64,000 nt of DNA from Candidatus Sulfotelmatobacter sp. (lineage in GTDB: Bacteria; Acidobacteriota; Terriglobia; Terriglobales; Acidobacteriaceae), in the NCBI GenBank assembly GCA_017883385.1, contig JADGNQ010000013.1, forward strand, positions 6,083 to 70,082, read 5' to 3'. The notes below the pieces were generated by a model. The model was given only the letters and a program-made list of their open reading frames with translations. It searched no databases and was not told the DNA's origin. The translations under genes were made by a program, and so were the position numbers. Shown here in pieces: positions 42,673 through 51,262 of this stretch. The first letter of the stretch is position 1; each line of letters begins with the position of its first letter.

Positions 42673-43920
42673 ATGCGGACGGTCCTGGACATCTTCGCGC
42701 AAATCTTCCGCAACCTGTGGGCGCACAAGCTGCGCTCGTTCCTCACCATGTTCGGCATTGCCTGGGGCGTGGGATCGTTACTGCTGCTGGTGGGCGTGGG
42801 CGAAGGCTTCCGCTCGGGCAACAAGCGCGAGATGGCCGAGTTCGGCAAGGACATCATGTTCCTCTTCCCCGGCCGCGCGCCGGCGGTCAATGGCAGCATG
42901 AACTCCGCCCGCTCCTATCTGCTTACCTATCAGGACTACACAGAGATCCGCCAGCAAGCTCCTCACGTTAGAAACGCTTGTCCCGTGATTTCTCGCGGCG
43001 ACTTGCACGAGGTAAGCGAATTCGCGACCGGCAGTGGCGAAATCATGGGAACGGAGCCGCAACTGAGCGAAATCAGCTATCTTCCCCTCCAAGAAGGTCG
43101 CTGGCTCAATGAACTGGACGGAGTGCAGCGACGGAATGTGATTGTGCTTGGGAACGAACTGCTGAAAACCCTGTTCCCGGGCCGTCCAGCGCTGGGCGCA
43201 TTCATCCTGCTCAATGGCGTTAGATTTGAAGTGGTGGGCAGCATGCCGCACCTTGGCCGCGGCGACAATATGTGGCTGAACATGCGCGGCTACATCCCTT
43301 TCCAGGTGATGGCCACGAGCTTCCCCATCAAGGGAGAGAACCATCAGAACTCCATCTCCTTCATCGAGTACCAGCCGAGCAGAACCGCCGAGCACTTGCT
43401 GGCGAAAGAGGATGTTCACAAGATCGTTGCCCGCAACCACGGATTCGACGCCAGCGACGAGAACGCCTTTGACGAGTGGGACTCGATCCAGGAATCAAAA
43501 ATGATAGGCACCATCTTCGATGTCATGAACATGTTCCTGGGAGCAGTGGGGATGGTCACGCTGGCGCTGGGTGCGATCGGCGTCATCAACATCATGCTGG
43601 TCGCGGTCACCGAGCGTACGCCTGAGATCGGATTGCGCAAGGCTCTGGGCGCCACCAACCGCAACATTCTGTTTCATTTTTTTCTGGAAGGATTGCTGCT
43701 CACGCTGGGGAGCGGGCTGATCGGCCTGGCCGGGGCGGGCGGCTTGATGGCTCTGATGGGAGGAGTGCAAGGACCGCAAGGATTTGATCCCCCCAAATTG
43801 GTGCCGATGTCCGCCATGCTGGCAATTGGCAGTCTGTCGCTGGCCGGTGTGGTCGCAGGTCTTTATCCCGCGCGCAAAGCGGCCATGCTGCAGCCTGTGG
43901 AAGCGCTGCGGCAGGAGTAA
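42673..43920 (+). CDS. ABC transporter permease, FtsX/MacB type
   Basis: N-terminal LRSFLTMFGIAWGVGSLL TM helix, a periplasmic MacB_PCD-like domain, and a C-terminal FtsX module with TPEIGLRKALGATNRNIL. Confidence 0.85.
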   Translation: MRTVLDIFAQIFRNLWAHKLRSFLTMFGIAWGVGSLLLLVGVGEGFRSGNKREMAEFGKDIMFLFPGRAPAVNGSMNSARSYLLTYQDYTEIRQQAPHVRNACPVISRGDLHEVSEFATGSGEIMGTEPQLSEISYLPLQEGRWLNELDGVQRRNVIVLGNELLKTLFPGRPALGAFILLNGVRFEVVGSMPHLGRGDNMWLNMRGYIPFQVMATSFPIKGENHQNSISFIEYQPSRTAEHLLAKEDVHKIVARNHGFDASDENAFDEWDSIQESKMIGTIFDVMNMFLGAVGMVTLALGAIGVINIMLVAVTERTPEIGLRKALGATNRNILFHFFLEGLLLTLGSGLIGLAGAGGLMALMGGVQGPQGFDPPKLVPMSAMLAIGSLSLAGVVAGLYPARKAAMLQPVEALRQE

Positions 43921-43927
43921 ACGCGAT

Positions 43928-45169
43928 ATGGTCAGGGATTTGCTCCAGGAAGCCTATACCGCCATGCGCCACAATCGGCGGCGCACCGCCCTCACCATGC
44001 TGGGCATGGCCTGGGGCATCGCCACTGTGGTCATGCTGCTCGCTTATGGCGACGGTTTTGGCCAGGCCTGCGCGGCCATCTTTGCAAATTTCGGTACGAA
44101 GCTCGTGATCGTGGTGCCGGGCCAAACCTCTATGCAGGCTGGCGGCCAGAAATCTGGCGTCGAAATCCGCTTCACCCAGGACGATGTCGACGCGCTTGCC
44201 ACCAATCTTCCCCAGATTACTCATATCACGGCGGAAGTCGGCAAGCAGGCGAACGTGCAGTACGACACCAGGATTTTCAGCTTTTCAGTCAGCGGAAATG
44301 ATCCCAATGTATTTTCGATCCGCGCCCTGAAAATGGCCCAAGGCCGCTTCTACAACATGGAAGACCAGGTCCAGCGCGCTCGGGTAGCCGTGATCGGTTC
44401 AGAGGCAAAAGAAAAGCTATTCTCCGGACGCAACGCCCTGGGGGAGCACATCCGGCTTGACGGTCTCAGTTTCGAAGTAGTCGGCGTCTTGAGCGCCAAA
44501 ATGCAGGAAGGCAACGACGACATTAACCGCGTGGTCTATATCCCCTTCACCACCATGGGCGATCTGAAGGACACGCACTACCTGGGCAGCATCTGGTTCA
44601 CCTACCAGACTCCAGAATACGAGCGGCTCGAACCAGCGGTCCGAACCATCATGGCGACACAGCACAAGTTCAACCAGGCGGACCGCCAGGCCGTACGAGT
44701 GTTCAACCTGATGATGCAAGTCCATCAGTTCGAAATCATCACGCTGGGCTTGAAGGTCCTGATGGGTTTCATTGGCACGCTAACCCTCGGCATTGGCGGC
44801 GTCGGCCTGATGAACATCATGCTGGTTTCCGTCACACAGCGCACGCGTGAGATAGGCGTGCAGAAGGCGCTGGGCGCGCCGCGGCGTTACATCCTGTTTC
44901 AGTTCCTCGCCGAAGCTCTGACCATTACCTTCGTTGGCGGTGTGCTGGGAGTGATCCTGGCCTACGTCGTCGCGCTTTCCGTGGGCAGGCTCACTCTTTA
45001 CAGCGCCTTTGCCAAGAACGGAGAAGCCGGCGACATCCGCCTGATCATCGCTCCGGGAACGCTGATCGCGTCCACACTCATTCTCGGTGCCGTGGGATTG
45101 ATCAGCGGCATGATCCCAGCCTTTCGCGCCTCCCGCCTGAATCCGATCGAAGCCTTGCGCCACGAATAG
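43928..45169 (+). CDS. ABC transporter permease, FtsX/MacB type (second paralog)
   Basis: Start at ATG 43928 (AGGAG upstream). It has the same architecture, with TREIGVQKALGAPRRYIL. Confidence 0.85.
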   Translation: MVRDLLQEAYTAMRHNRRRTALTMLGMAWGIATVVMLLAYGDGFGQACAAIFANFGTKLVIVVPGQTSMQAGGQKSGVEIRFTQDDVDALATNLPQITHITAEVGKQANVQYDTRIFSFSVSGNDPNVFSIRALKMAQGRFYNMEDQVQRARVAVIGSEAKEKLFSGRNALGEHIRLDGLSFEVVGVLSAKMQEGNDDINRVVYIPFTTMGDLKDTHYLGSIWFTYQTPEYERLEPAVRTIMATQHKFNQADRQAVRVFNLMMQVHQFEIITLGLKVLMGFIGTLTLGIGGVGLMNIMLVSVTQRTREIGVQKALGAPRRYILFQFLAEALTITFVGGVLGVILAYVVALSVGRLTLYSAFAKNGEAGDIRLIIAPGTLIASTLILGAVGLISGMIPAFRASRLNPIEALRHE

Positions 45170-45225
45170 CGACTGCCGCCGCGTCCTCTACTGACATCGT
45201 GTAGGATTGGCAGGGCTAATTACCT

Positions 45226-46530
45226 GTGAATATGATCACCCAACGAGAACCTGCCGCCGCTGTGGAAGAATCCTTGCACACTCGGGTCTTAGGCATCGTA
45301 CTTGCCGGGGGCAAAGGAACCCGGCTCTTTCCCCTCACGCGGGAACGCGCTAAGCCTGCGGTTCCCTTCGGGGGCAAATACCGGATCATCGACTTCGTCC
45401 TCAGCAATTTCATCAATTCCGGAATCTACTCGATCTACGTGCTCACCCAGTTCCGTAGCCAGTCTCTGCTCCAGCATCTGAGCGAGGGATGGCAATTCGG
45501 CGGAATGCTGAAAAGCCATTTCATCATCAACGTCCCGGCGCAGATGCGTTCGGAGAACGAAGCCTGGTACCAGGGAACTGCCGACGCCATCTTTCAGAAC
45601 ATTAACCTCATCGAGCAGTCCGACCCGCACGTGGTGGCGATCTTCGGTGGCGATCACATCTACCGCATGAACATCGCCAGCATGATCGATTTCCACAGGG
45701 CCCGGCACGCGGAACTGACCGTCGCCGCCAATCCTTTTCCCCGAGAGTTCGCCGCCGAATTCGGGGTCATTGAGGCCAACGAGGAAGGACGCGTCCTGGC
45801 CTTTCACGAAAAGAACCCCAATGCGCCCACCATGCCCGGCGATCCCAGCCGGGTCTATGCCTCGATGGGCAACTACATCTTCTCCACGCGCACTCTTGTT
45901 GATCTGCTCAAGGCCGACGCCAAGGACCCCAACAGTCATCACGATTTCGGCAGGGACATCCTGCCCAAACTGGCAGGCAACGCTCCCGTCTACGCTTACA
46001 ACTTCGAGACCAACCGCATCCCCGGCGAGGCCGAAGACGCCATCCCTTACTGGCGCGATGTCGGCACCATCGACGCCTATTACGAAGCCAACATGGACTT
46101 GAACGACATCGCGCCGGAGCTCAACCTCTACAATCGCCAGTGGCCGGTGCGCAGCACCAGCTATCCCGATCCGCCCGCCAAGTTCGCCTTCGACGAGGCC
46201 GATCGCCGCGGCGAGGCCCTCGACACCATCGTCTCCGGCGGATGCATTCTGTCCGGCGGCGCCGTGCGCAAGTCCGTTCTCGGACGCGGCGTCCGCGTCC
46301 ACACCGGCGCGCTGGTAGAGGGCTGCGTCATTATGGACAACTGCGACATTGGGCGCCACGCCAAGGTGCGCCGCGCCATCCTCGATAAGAACGTCCGTAT
46401 TCCGGAAGGCGCCCTGGTCGGCTACGATCTCGATGCCGACCGCGCGCGCGGATGGCATGTCACCGATTCCGGCATAGTCGTCATCGGCCGCGAACACAGC
46501 ACGGTGCCACTGGCGGCACTGTTCACCTGA
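45226..46530 (+). CDS. glgC: Glucose-1-phosphate adenylyltransferase
   Basis: [32 protein letters not shown], a left-handed beta-helix C-terminus. The start is uncertain: GTG 45226, ATG 45232, GTG 45262 and TTG 45274 are all in frame. Confidence 0.92.
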   Translation: MNMITQREPAAAVEESLHTRVLGIVLAGGKGTRLFPLTRERAKPAVPFGGKYRIIDFVLSNFINSGIYSIYVLTQFRSQSLLQHLSEGWQFGGMLKSHFIINVPAQMRSENEAWYQGTADAIFQNINLIEQSDPHVVAIFGGDHIYRMNIASMIDFHRARHAELTVAANPFPREFAAEFGVIEANEEGRVLAFHEKNPNAPTMPGDPSRVYASMGNYIFSTRTLVDLLKADAKDPNSHHDFGRDILPKLAGNAPVYAYNFETNRIPGEAEDAIPYWRDVGTIDAYYEANMDLNDIAPELNLYNRQWPVRSTSYPDPPAKFAFDEADRRGEALDTIVSGGCILSGGAVRKSVLGRGVRVHTGALVEGCVIMDNCDIGRHAKVRRAILDKNVRIPEGALVGYDLDADRARGWHVTDSGIVVIGREHSTVPLAALFT

Positions 46531-46998
46531 GCCTTGTCCCAAGCTCGGATATTTGCCGGTCCGGCATCTACCCCAGTGGCTTGCGTTCTTCCCCCTGACG
46601 AGGGGTAACTGGCAAAACATCGCCCCTCCAGTCTCCTTAGGGCGTACGATTCACAACCTCGTGTGACATCCAGCCTTGACCTCAACTCCCAATTTGTCCG
46701 ATCATGGCTCCGCCGCGCGGTCTGCCCAGACCCTCGGCTCGAGCTGTAAACCCTTGGGGCTCAAGATTTTGCCCCTAAGTTGTTGCAGCTCTTAGATTAC
46801 TTTGCGATTTCCCGCTAAGTCGATGATTCCAATAGACTGAGGGGGAGGGGGGTGGGGATAGCAAGAAAGTAAACTCCATCCCGAAACCGGAAAAAATCGA
46901 TCCCAGCCCCGGCTCTTTCGAAGTTTATTTCAAGCGGAAATCCACCACGAGCGATTGCCTGCAGCAAACGACCAACGACCGACGACGAACCACGGTTC

Positions 46999-47589
46999 CT
47001 ACGGCGTGCAGTGGAAGATCAGCGCAGGCAGGATGTTGAAGAGTTGGAAGTTGAGTTTCACCGAACTGAAGCTCGACTCGAGATAAGGCTGGAGCTTACG
47101 CGTGTATTGGAACAGCACCATCGAGCCTTCGGCCTTCAGCGCCATACGCGACTCTTCCAGCATCTCGCGGCGCAGCGAGTCCGTCATGTTGAGATACGGC
47201 AAGCCGGAGATGATGTAGTCCGCAGGCGCCAACTTCTGTTCCGCCAGAATCCCGCGCACCCGCGCCGCCGATCCATGTACGACCCGCAGCCGCGGATCGT
47301 GGATGTGGCCGCAAAGATATTCCACGAAGTCTGTGTTCAGTTCGATGGCCACCAAAACCGCGTCAGGCCGCATGCGTTTCAGCACTTCCCGCGTGATCGT
47401 GCCAACGCCAGGTCCGAGTTCCACCAGGACGCGCGCACGCTCCCACTCCACCCGCGTCATCATATCCTTCACCAGGAACGGAGAGCTTGGCACCACCGAA
47501 CCGAGCATGAATGGATGCTTGAAGAAGTTCCGGGCAAACAGAGCTACTGACGATTGCGCGGCAGGCTTCTTGGCGACCTCGTTAGACAT
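46999..47589 (-). CDS. Class I SAM-dependent methyltransferase (phospholipid N-methyltransferase / COG3963-like)
   Basis: SAM motif I is VLVELGPGVGTIT. The layout is that of small rRNA-adenine-MTase-like enzymes. Confidence 0.7.
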   Translation of the reverse strand: MSNEVAKKPAAQSSVALFARNFFKHPFMLGSVVPSSPFLVKDMMTRVEWERARVLVELGPGVGTITREVLKRMRPDAVLVAIELNTDFVEYLCGHIHDPRLRVVHGSAARVRGILAEQKLAPADYIISGLPYLNMTDSLRREMLEESRMALKAEGSMVLFQYTRKLQPYLESSFSSVKLNFQLFNILPALIFHCTP

Positions 47590-47907
47590 CCCGCAGTATC
47601 CCCTAGAACAGATTCCGTCGAACAGCAGTCCTCATCCTACTCTGATGCATGGCGAGTCCACAGCGTGCCCCTGTAAACCGAAGTAGTGCTGAGCTTGGTA
47701 CTTTAGTCACTCGCGGCAGCGAGCCCCCGGTTTCAGATCTGGTTCCCGTCCCGGATGGATCAGGTAGGATCCGCTTCCGATGAGGGAAAACGCGCGTACG
47801 ATCGCCCCTGATCGCCGCTAAGGGTAACTTGCGGCATCGAAGCTGGTCGTTGAAAATCGAGGAATCGGCACTGCGGGATTAGTGTCGCTTCTGAAGGATC
47901 TGGCATT

Positions 47908-50454
47908 TTGAGGCTATGGATTCATACGCTGCTCCGGCTGGTCTCGGGAACGTACTTCGTTCTCACGTCGCTGTACTGCCTGCTGGCCTTTCTGCCTTAT
48001 ACATACTGCGCATTCATAAAAGCGCCACCCTATCCATGGATGCCGTGGTTCACCCATCATCAAGCGGCTTTGTATTGGCTGGCAGCCGCCGCGGGCATTG
48101 TCGCGAGCGGCGCATCACTACGAGATAGCTGGAGCACCAAGACAAGGCTCTGGCTTGCGGGAGTCGCTCTGCTGGCTGGCGCTGGCGTCTATCTCAGTGT
48201 GCGTCCCTTCCTTTCAACACTGCAGAGTGATCGCGCCGCATACTGGTGGAGCTTGACGGCACTATTGCCGGTGATTGGGTTGGCGCTGCGGCGCTCGTCC
48301 TCCGCGCCACGTGAGGACGGACCAATCGGAAAAGTCGAGGGCATTCGCGGCCAGCTCTTCGGATACTCCGGAGGAATGCTGGTTGCATTCGTAGTCAGTG
48401 TCATCTATACGATCGGCGCGCGCATGCGAGTCTACGGCGAGACTCATGCTCTGCGCTTCCACTCGCAAGACGTGGAGTTCGCTCTCTGGAGTTTGATCTC
48501 TCATTTCGTCCTCGCGGTTGCCGTCTTGTCCGCGCTGAATGTGATCTTCCTGCTTGCCGCAAAGTGCCCGCAACCGCGTTTGCTGCGGCGTGGATTGACC
48601 GGAGCGGTGATTGTTGCCGCCTTGTCGTTCGTCCTGGCACGCTTCCTGAACAATGCGATGAGCTTCGACGGATGGTCAGCCTATATTTATGCTGGCGCGC
48701 TCGCCCTCGCTCTCACGGTGTGGGGATTCTCACTGGTGCTGCCGCTGCTGCCGCTCTGGGTGCCGCGCGACGCAGAGAATGGTTCGCAGAAGCTGGAAGC
48801 GAGACTCTCTTCCGGACAGTCCATTGCAACCTGGATCGCGGTTGTGCTTCTAGTTGTCCTGGCGCTGGCGTCGCGCACGCTGATCGGGGGAGAAGACTGG
48901 AATGGTTTTGTCGCGAGCACGTGGGCTCTGATCTTCTGGATCGCCATGAGCCTGTGCGTGTACCGCCTGCATCCGGCGCGAGCGCATTATTCCGCCGCGG
49001 TTGTCGCTGCAGTCCTGCTCGCAAGCGTATTTGCCTATAAGGGACTACAGGCCACCGAGATCTTCTGGGGCAAGCCGCTGGGCTCAACCGATGACGAGAT
49101 TTCCCGGAAGTTCGAGGACTACGGAAACCGCGACGCATCGTTCCAACTGGCTCATTACGCACTCGGCAACAGCCGCAACCAGGCTTGCGGAGATCTTTGC
49201 CGTATCCTGCGGGAGTACACAAATATCCGCGACACTCACATCAGCCAGGGAGTGCGGTTGGTAGAGAATCTCGCGCCCATGCCAGGCGAGCGGCCAAACA
49301 TCTTTATCTTCGTGATTGATTCGATGCGGCCGGATTACCTGGGTGCGTACAACCAGCAGCATGTCCACTACACACCCAATCTGGACGCTCTCGCACGCGA
49401 CAGCGTCGTCTTCAGCCACGCATATACGCACTACGCGGGGACTTCCCTGTCCGAACCTGGTATCTGGTCAGGTGCGTTGTTGTTGCACGCCCATTTTCCG
49501 CAGCCGTTTGATGAGGTCAACAGCCTACGCACGCTGGCACGGACGGACCGTTATCAACTGGTCGCAAGTTACGACGTGGTGCTACGGCTGTTGTTCTCTC
49601 CTGCCGATGAACTGACGAAGCTCGATACCGACAAGGGACTGTGGAATCAGGATGAGGCTTGCTCGACGGTCGAACAACTGGAGTCCACACTGGATACGCG
49701 GCGCGACAAGTCCCAGCCGGTTCTCTTCTATGCACAGCCGATGAACGTGCACCAGTTCGCGCGTAATAACGTGCCGTCCCCTACATCCCAGCACTGGCAG
49801 TCGCCTGAAGGCATGAATGGCCGGATTACTTATGAAGTGCATTGGGTGGATTCTTGCTTGGGCGGGTTCTTTGGCTATCTGAAGCAGCGCGGAATGTATG
49901 ACAACAGCATCATCATCGTAACCAGCGACCACGGCGATGCCACGGGCGAGTTCGGACGGACCAGCCATTCGACCTCCATCTGGCCGGAGATCATGCGGGT
50001 GCCGCTCATCATCCATCTCCCGCCAAAGATGCGCGAGCGCCTGGTCTACGACGATAGCCGACTTTCCACGCTCACCGACATCGCGCCAACACTGTATTAC
50101 CTGCTTGGGCATCGGCCAATCCGGCAAAATCCGCTGTACGGACGGCCTCTGTTTGCGGAGACGAAGCAGGAACTGGATCACTACCCTCAGCACGACTTGC
50201 TGCTGGCGTCGGACGTGCGCGCGGTGTATGGGATTCTGACCGCAGACGGGCGTAATCTCTACACCACCTACGATTCCCCGGCGCAGAGTTATCTCTTCGA
50301 CCTCGCGGCTGATCCTAATGCCGAGCACAACATTCTGACGGCTCCACTCAAGCAGCGCTATGACGAAGAGATCATCGAGCAACTGCACATGGTCGGCGAT
50401 TACTACGGGTACAAGGCCGGTGTTGGATCGCTGCTAACCGCTAGCGAACGCTAA
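47908..50454 (+). CDS. Polytopic membrane protein fused to a sulfatase-like (alkaline phosphatase superfamily) domain
   Basis: About 390 aa contain about 10 hydrophobic segments. These are followed by IFIFVIDSMRPDYLG and IIVTSDHGD metal-site motifs. The TTG start has GAAGGA upstream, and the first in-frame ATG is 44 codons in. Confidence 0.75.
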   Translation: MRLWIHTLLRLVSGTYFVLTSLYCLLAFLPYTYCAFIKAPPYPWMPWFTHHQAALYWLAAAAGIVASGASLRDSWSTKTRLWLAGVALLAGAGVYLSVRPFLSTLQSDRAAYWWSLTALLPVIGLALRRSSSAPREDGPIGKVEGIRGQLFGYSGGMLVAFVVSVIYTIGARMRVYGETHALRFHSQDVEFALWSLISHFVLAVAVLSALNVIFLLAAKCPQPRLLRRGLTGAVIVAALSFVLARFLNNAMSFDGWSAYIYAGALALALTVWGFSLVLPLLPLWVPRDAENGSQKLEARLSSGQSIATWIAVVLLVVLALASRTLIGGEDWNGFVASTWALIFWIAMSLCVYRLHPARAHYSAAVVAAVLLASVFAYKGLQATEIFWGKPLGSTDDEISRKFEDYGNRDASFQLAHYALGNSRNQACGDLCRILREYTNIRDTHISQGVRLVENLAPMPGERPNIFIFVIDSMRPDYLGAYNQQHVHYTPNLDALARDSVVFSHAYTHYAGTSLSEPGIWSGALLLHAHFPQPFDEVNSLRTLARTDRYQLVASYDVVLRLLFSPADELTKLDTDKGLWNQDEACSTVEQLESTLDTRRDKSQPVLFYAQPMNVHQFARNNVPSPTSQHWQSPEGMNGRITYEVHWVDSCLGGFFGYLKQRGMYDNSIIIVTSDHGDATGEFGRTSHSTSIWPEIMRVPLIIHLPPKMRERLVYDDSRLSTLTDIAPTLYYLLGHRPIRQNPLYGRPLFAETKQELDHYPQHDLLLASDVRAVYGILTADGRNLYTTYDSPAQSYLFDLAADPNAEHNILTAPLKQRYDEEIIEQLHMVGDYYGYKAGVGSLLTASER

Positions 50455-50479
50455 GAGTACCTTGGCTGGGGAGCCGAAC

Positions 50480-50593
50480 CCTTAACCGCAGACAACGCAA
50501 AGAAGACCCGCGAAGATCGCGAGGAAGAACTCACTGAAGAACCTTCCCTTTGCGTACTTTGCGGCTCTTCTTTGCGTTCTCTGCGGTTAAAGG
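50480..50593. repeat. Inverted pair of R3 repeats filling a convergent spacer
   Basis: CCTTAACCGCAGACAACGCAAAGAAG (inverted) ... CTCTTCTTTGCGTTCTCTGCGGTTAAAGG (direct). The pair can fold into one long hairpin between the gene ends at 50454 (+) and 50597 (-). Confidence 0.75.
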
Positions 50594-50596
50594 CGG

Positions 50597-51262
50597 TCAT
50601 GCTCCGCCAAACTTTAACAACTTCCGCAGATTGTCGATGCCCTTGGCCTGCAGCGTGTACAGCATCTTTTGCCACACGCGAGCGGTGAGGAACGCGTCGG
50701 AGAGCGCGTGGTGCGCGTCTTGCGCGTCGAGGTTGTAGAACTTGGCGAGCGTTGGCAAGTCAAGCTTTTCCAACTGCACGTGCAAATCCTCGGAATACAG
50801 ACCGTGGCGCAGGACCCAGTGGTGAACGCGAGCCGTGCAGACCGCGGGATTATCAACCGTGTGGCCAGTCTCAGCCATCTCCTTGCGCAGGATTTTCAAG
50901 TCGATATCCACGAAATGGCCGACCAGAACCGCTCCTGCGATGAACTGACGGAGGTCATCAAGAGTCTTCGCTAGCAGCTCGCCGCCTTCCACATCTTCGG
51001 AGCGGAGTTTGTGAATGACGATGCTTTCCGCCGGAATCGATACCTGAGGATTGACCACGCGATAGAACTGCTCTCCAAGGTGGATGCTCGGCCCCTGCAT
51101 CGCGATCGCACCGACGGAGAGCAGACGGTTGGTGCGATGATCGAGCGAGGTCAGTTCGGTATCGAACACTACGTAACGCAGCGAATGAAGAGGAGCGTCC
51201 TTGGATTGGGCCAGTTCGGCGTTCTCACCAAGCACAGGCTTGCGTTTCAACCAATCCGGCAT
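50597..51262 (-). CDS. DEDDh 3'-5' exonuclease (DnaQ / PolC-exonuclease-like)
   Basis: Exo I is VVFDTELT, Exo II is GHFVDIDLKIL, and Exo III is HHALSDAFLTA. Its ATG directly abuts the stop of the upstream gene (TGAATG). Confidence 0.85.
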   Translation of the reverse strand: MPDWLKRKPVLGENAELAQSKDAPLHSLRYVVFDTELTSLDHRTNRLLSVGAIAMQGPSIHLGEQFYRVVNPQVSIPAESIVIHKLRSEDVEGGELLAKTLDDLRQFIAGAVLVGHFVDIDLKILRKEMAETGHTVDNPAVCTARVHHWVLRHGLYSEDLHVQLEKLDLPTLAKFYNLDAQDAHHALSDAFLTARVWQKMLYTLQAKGIDNLRKLLKFGGA

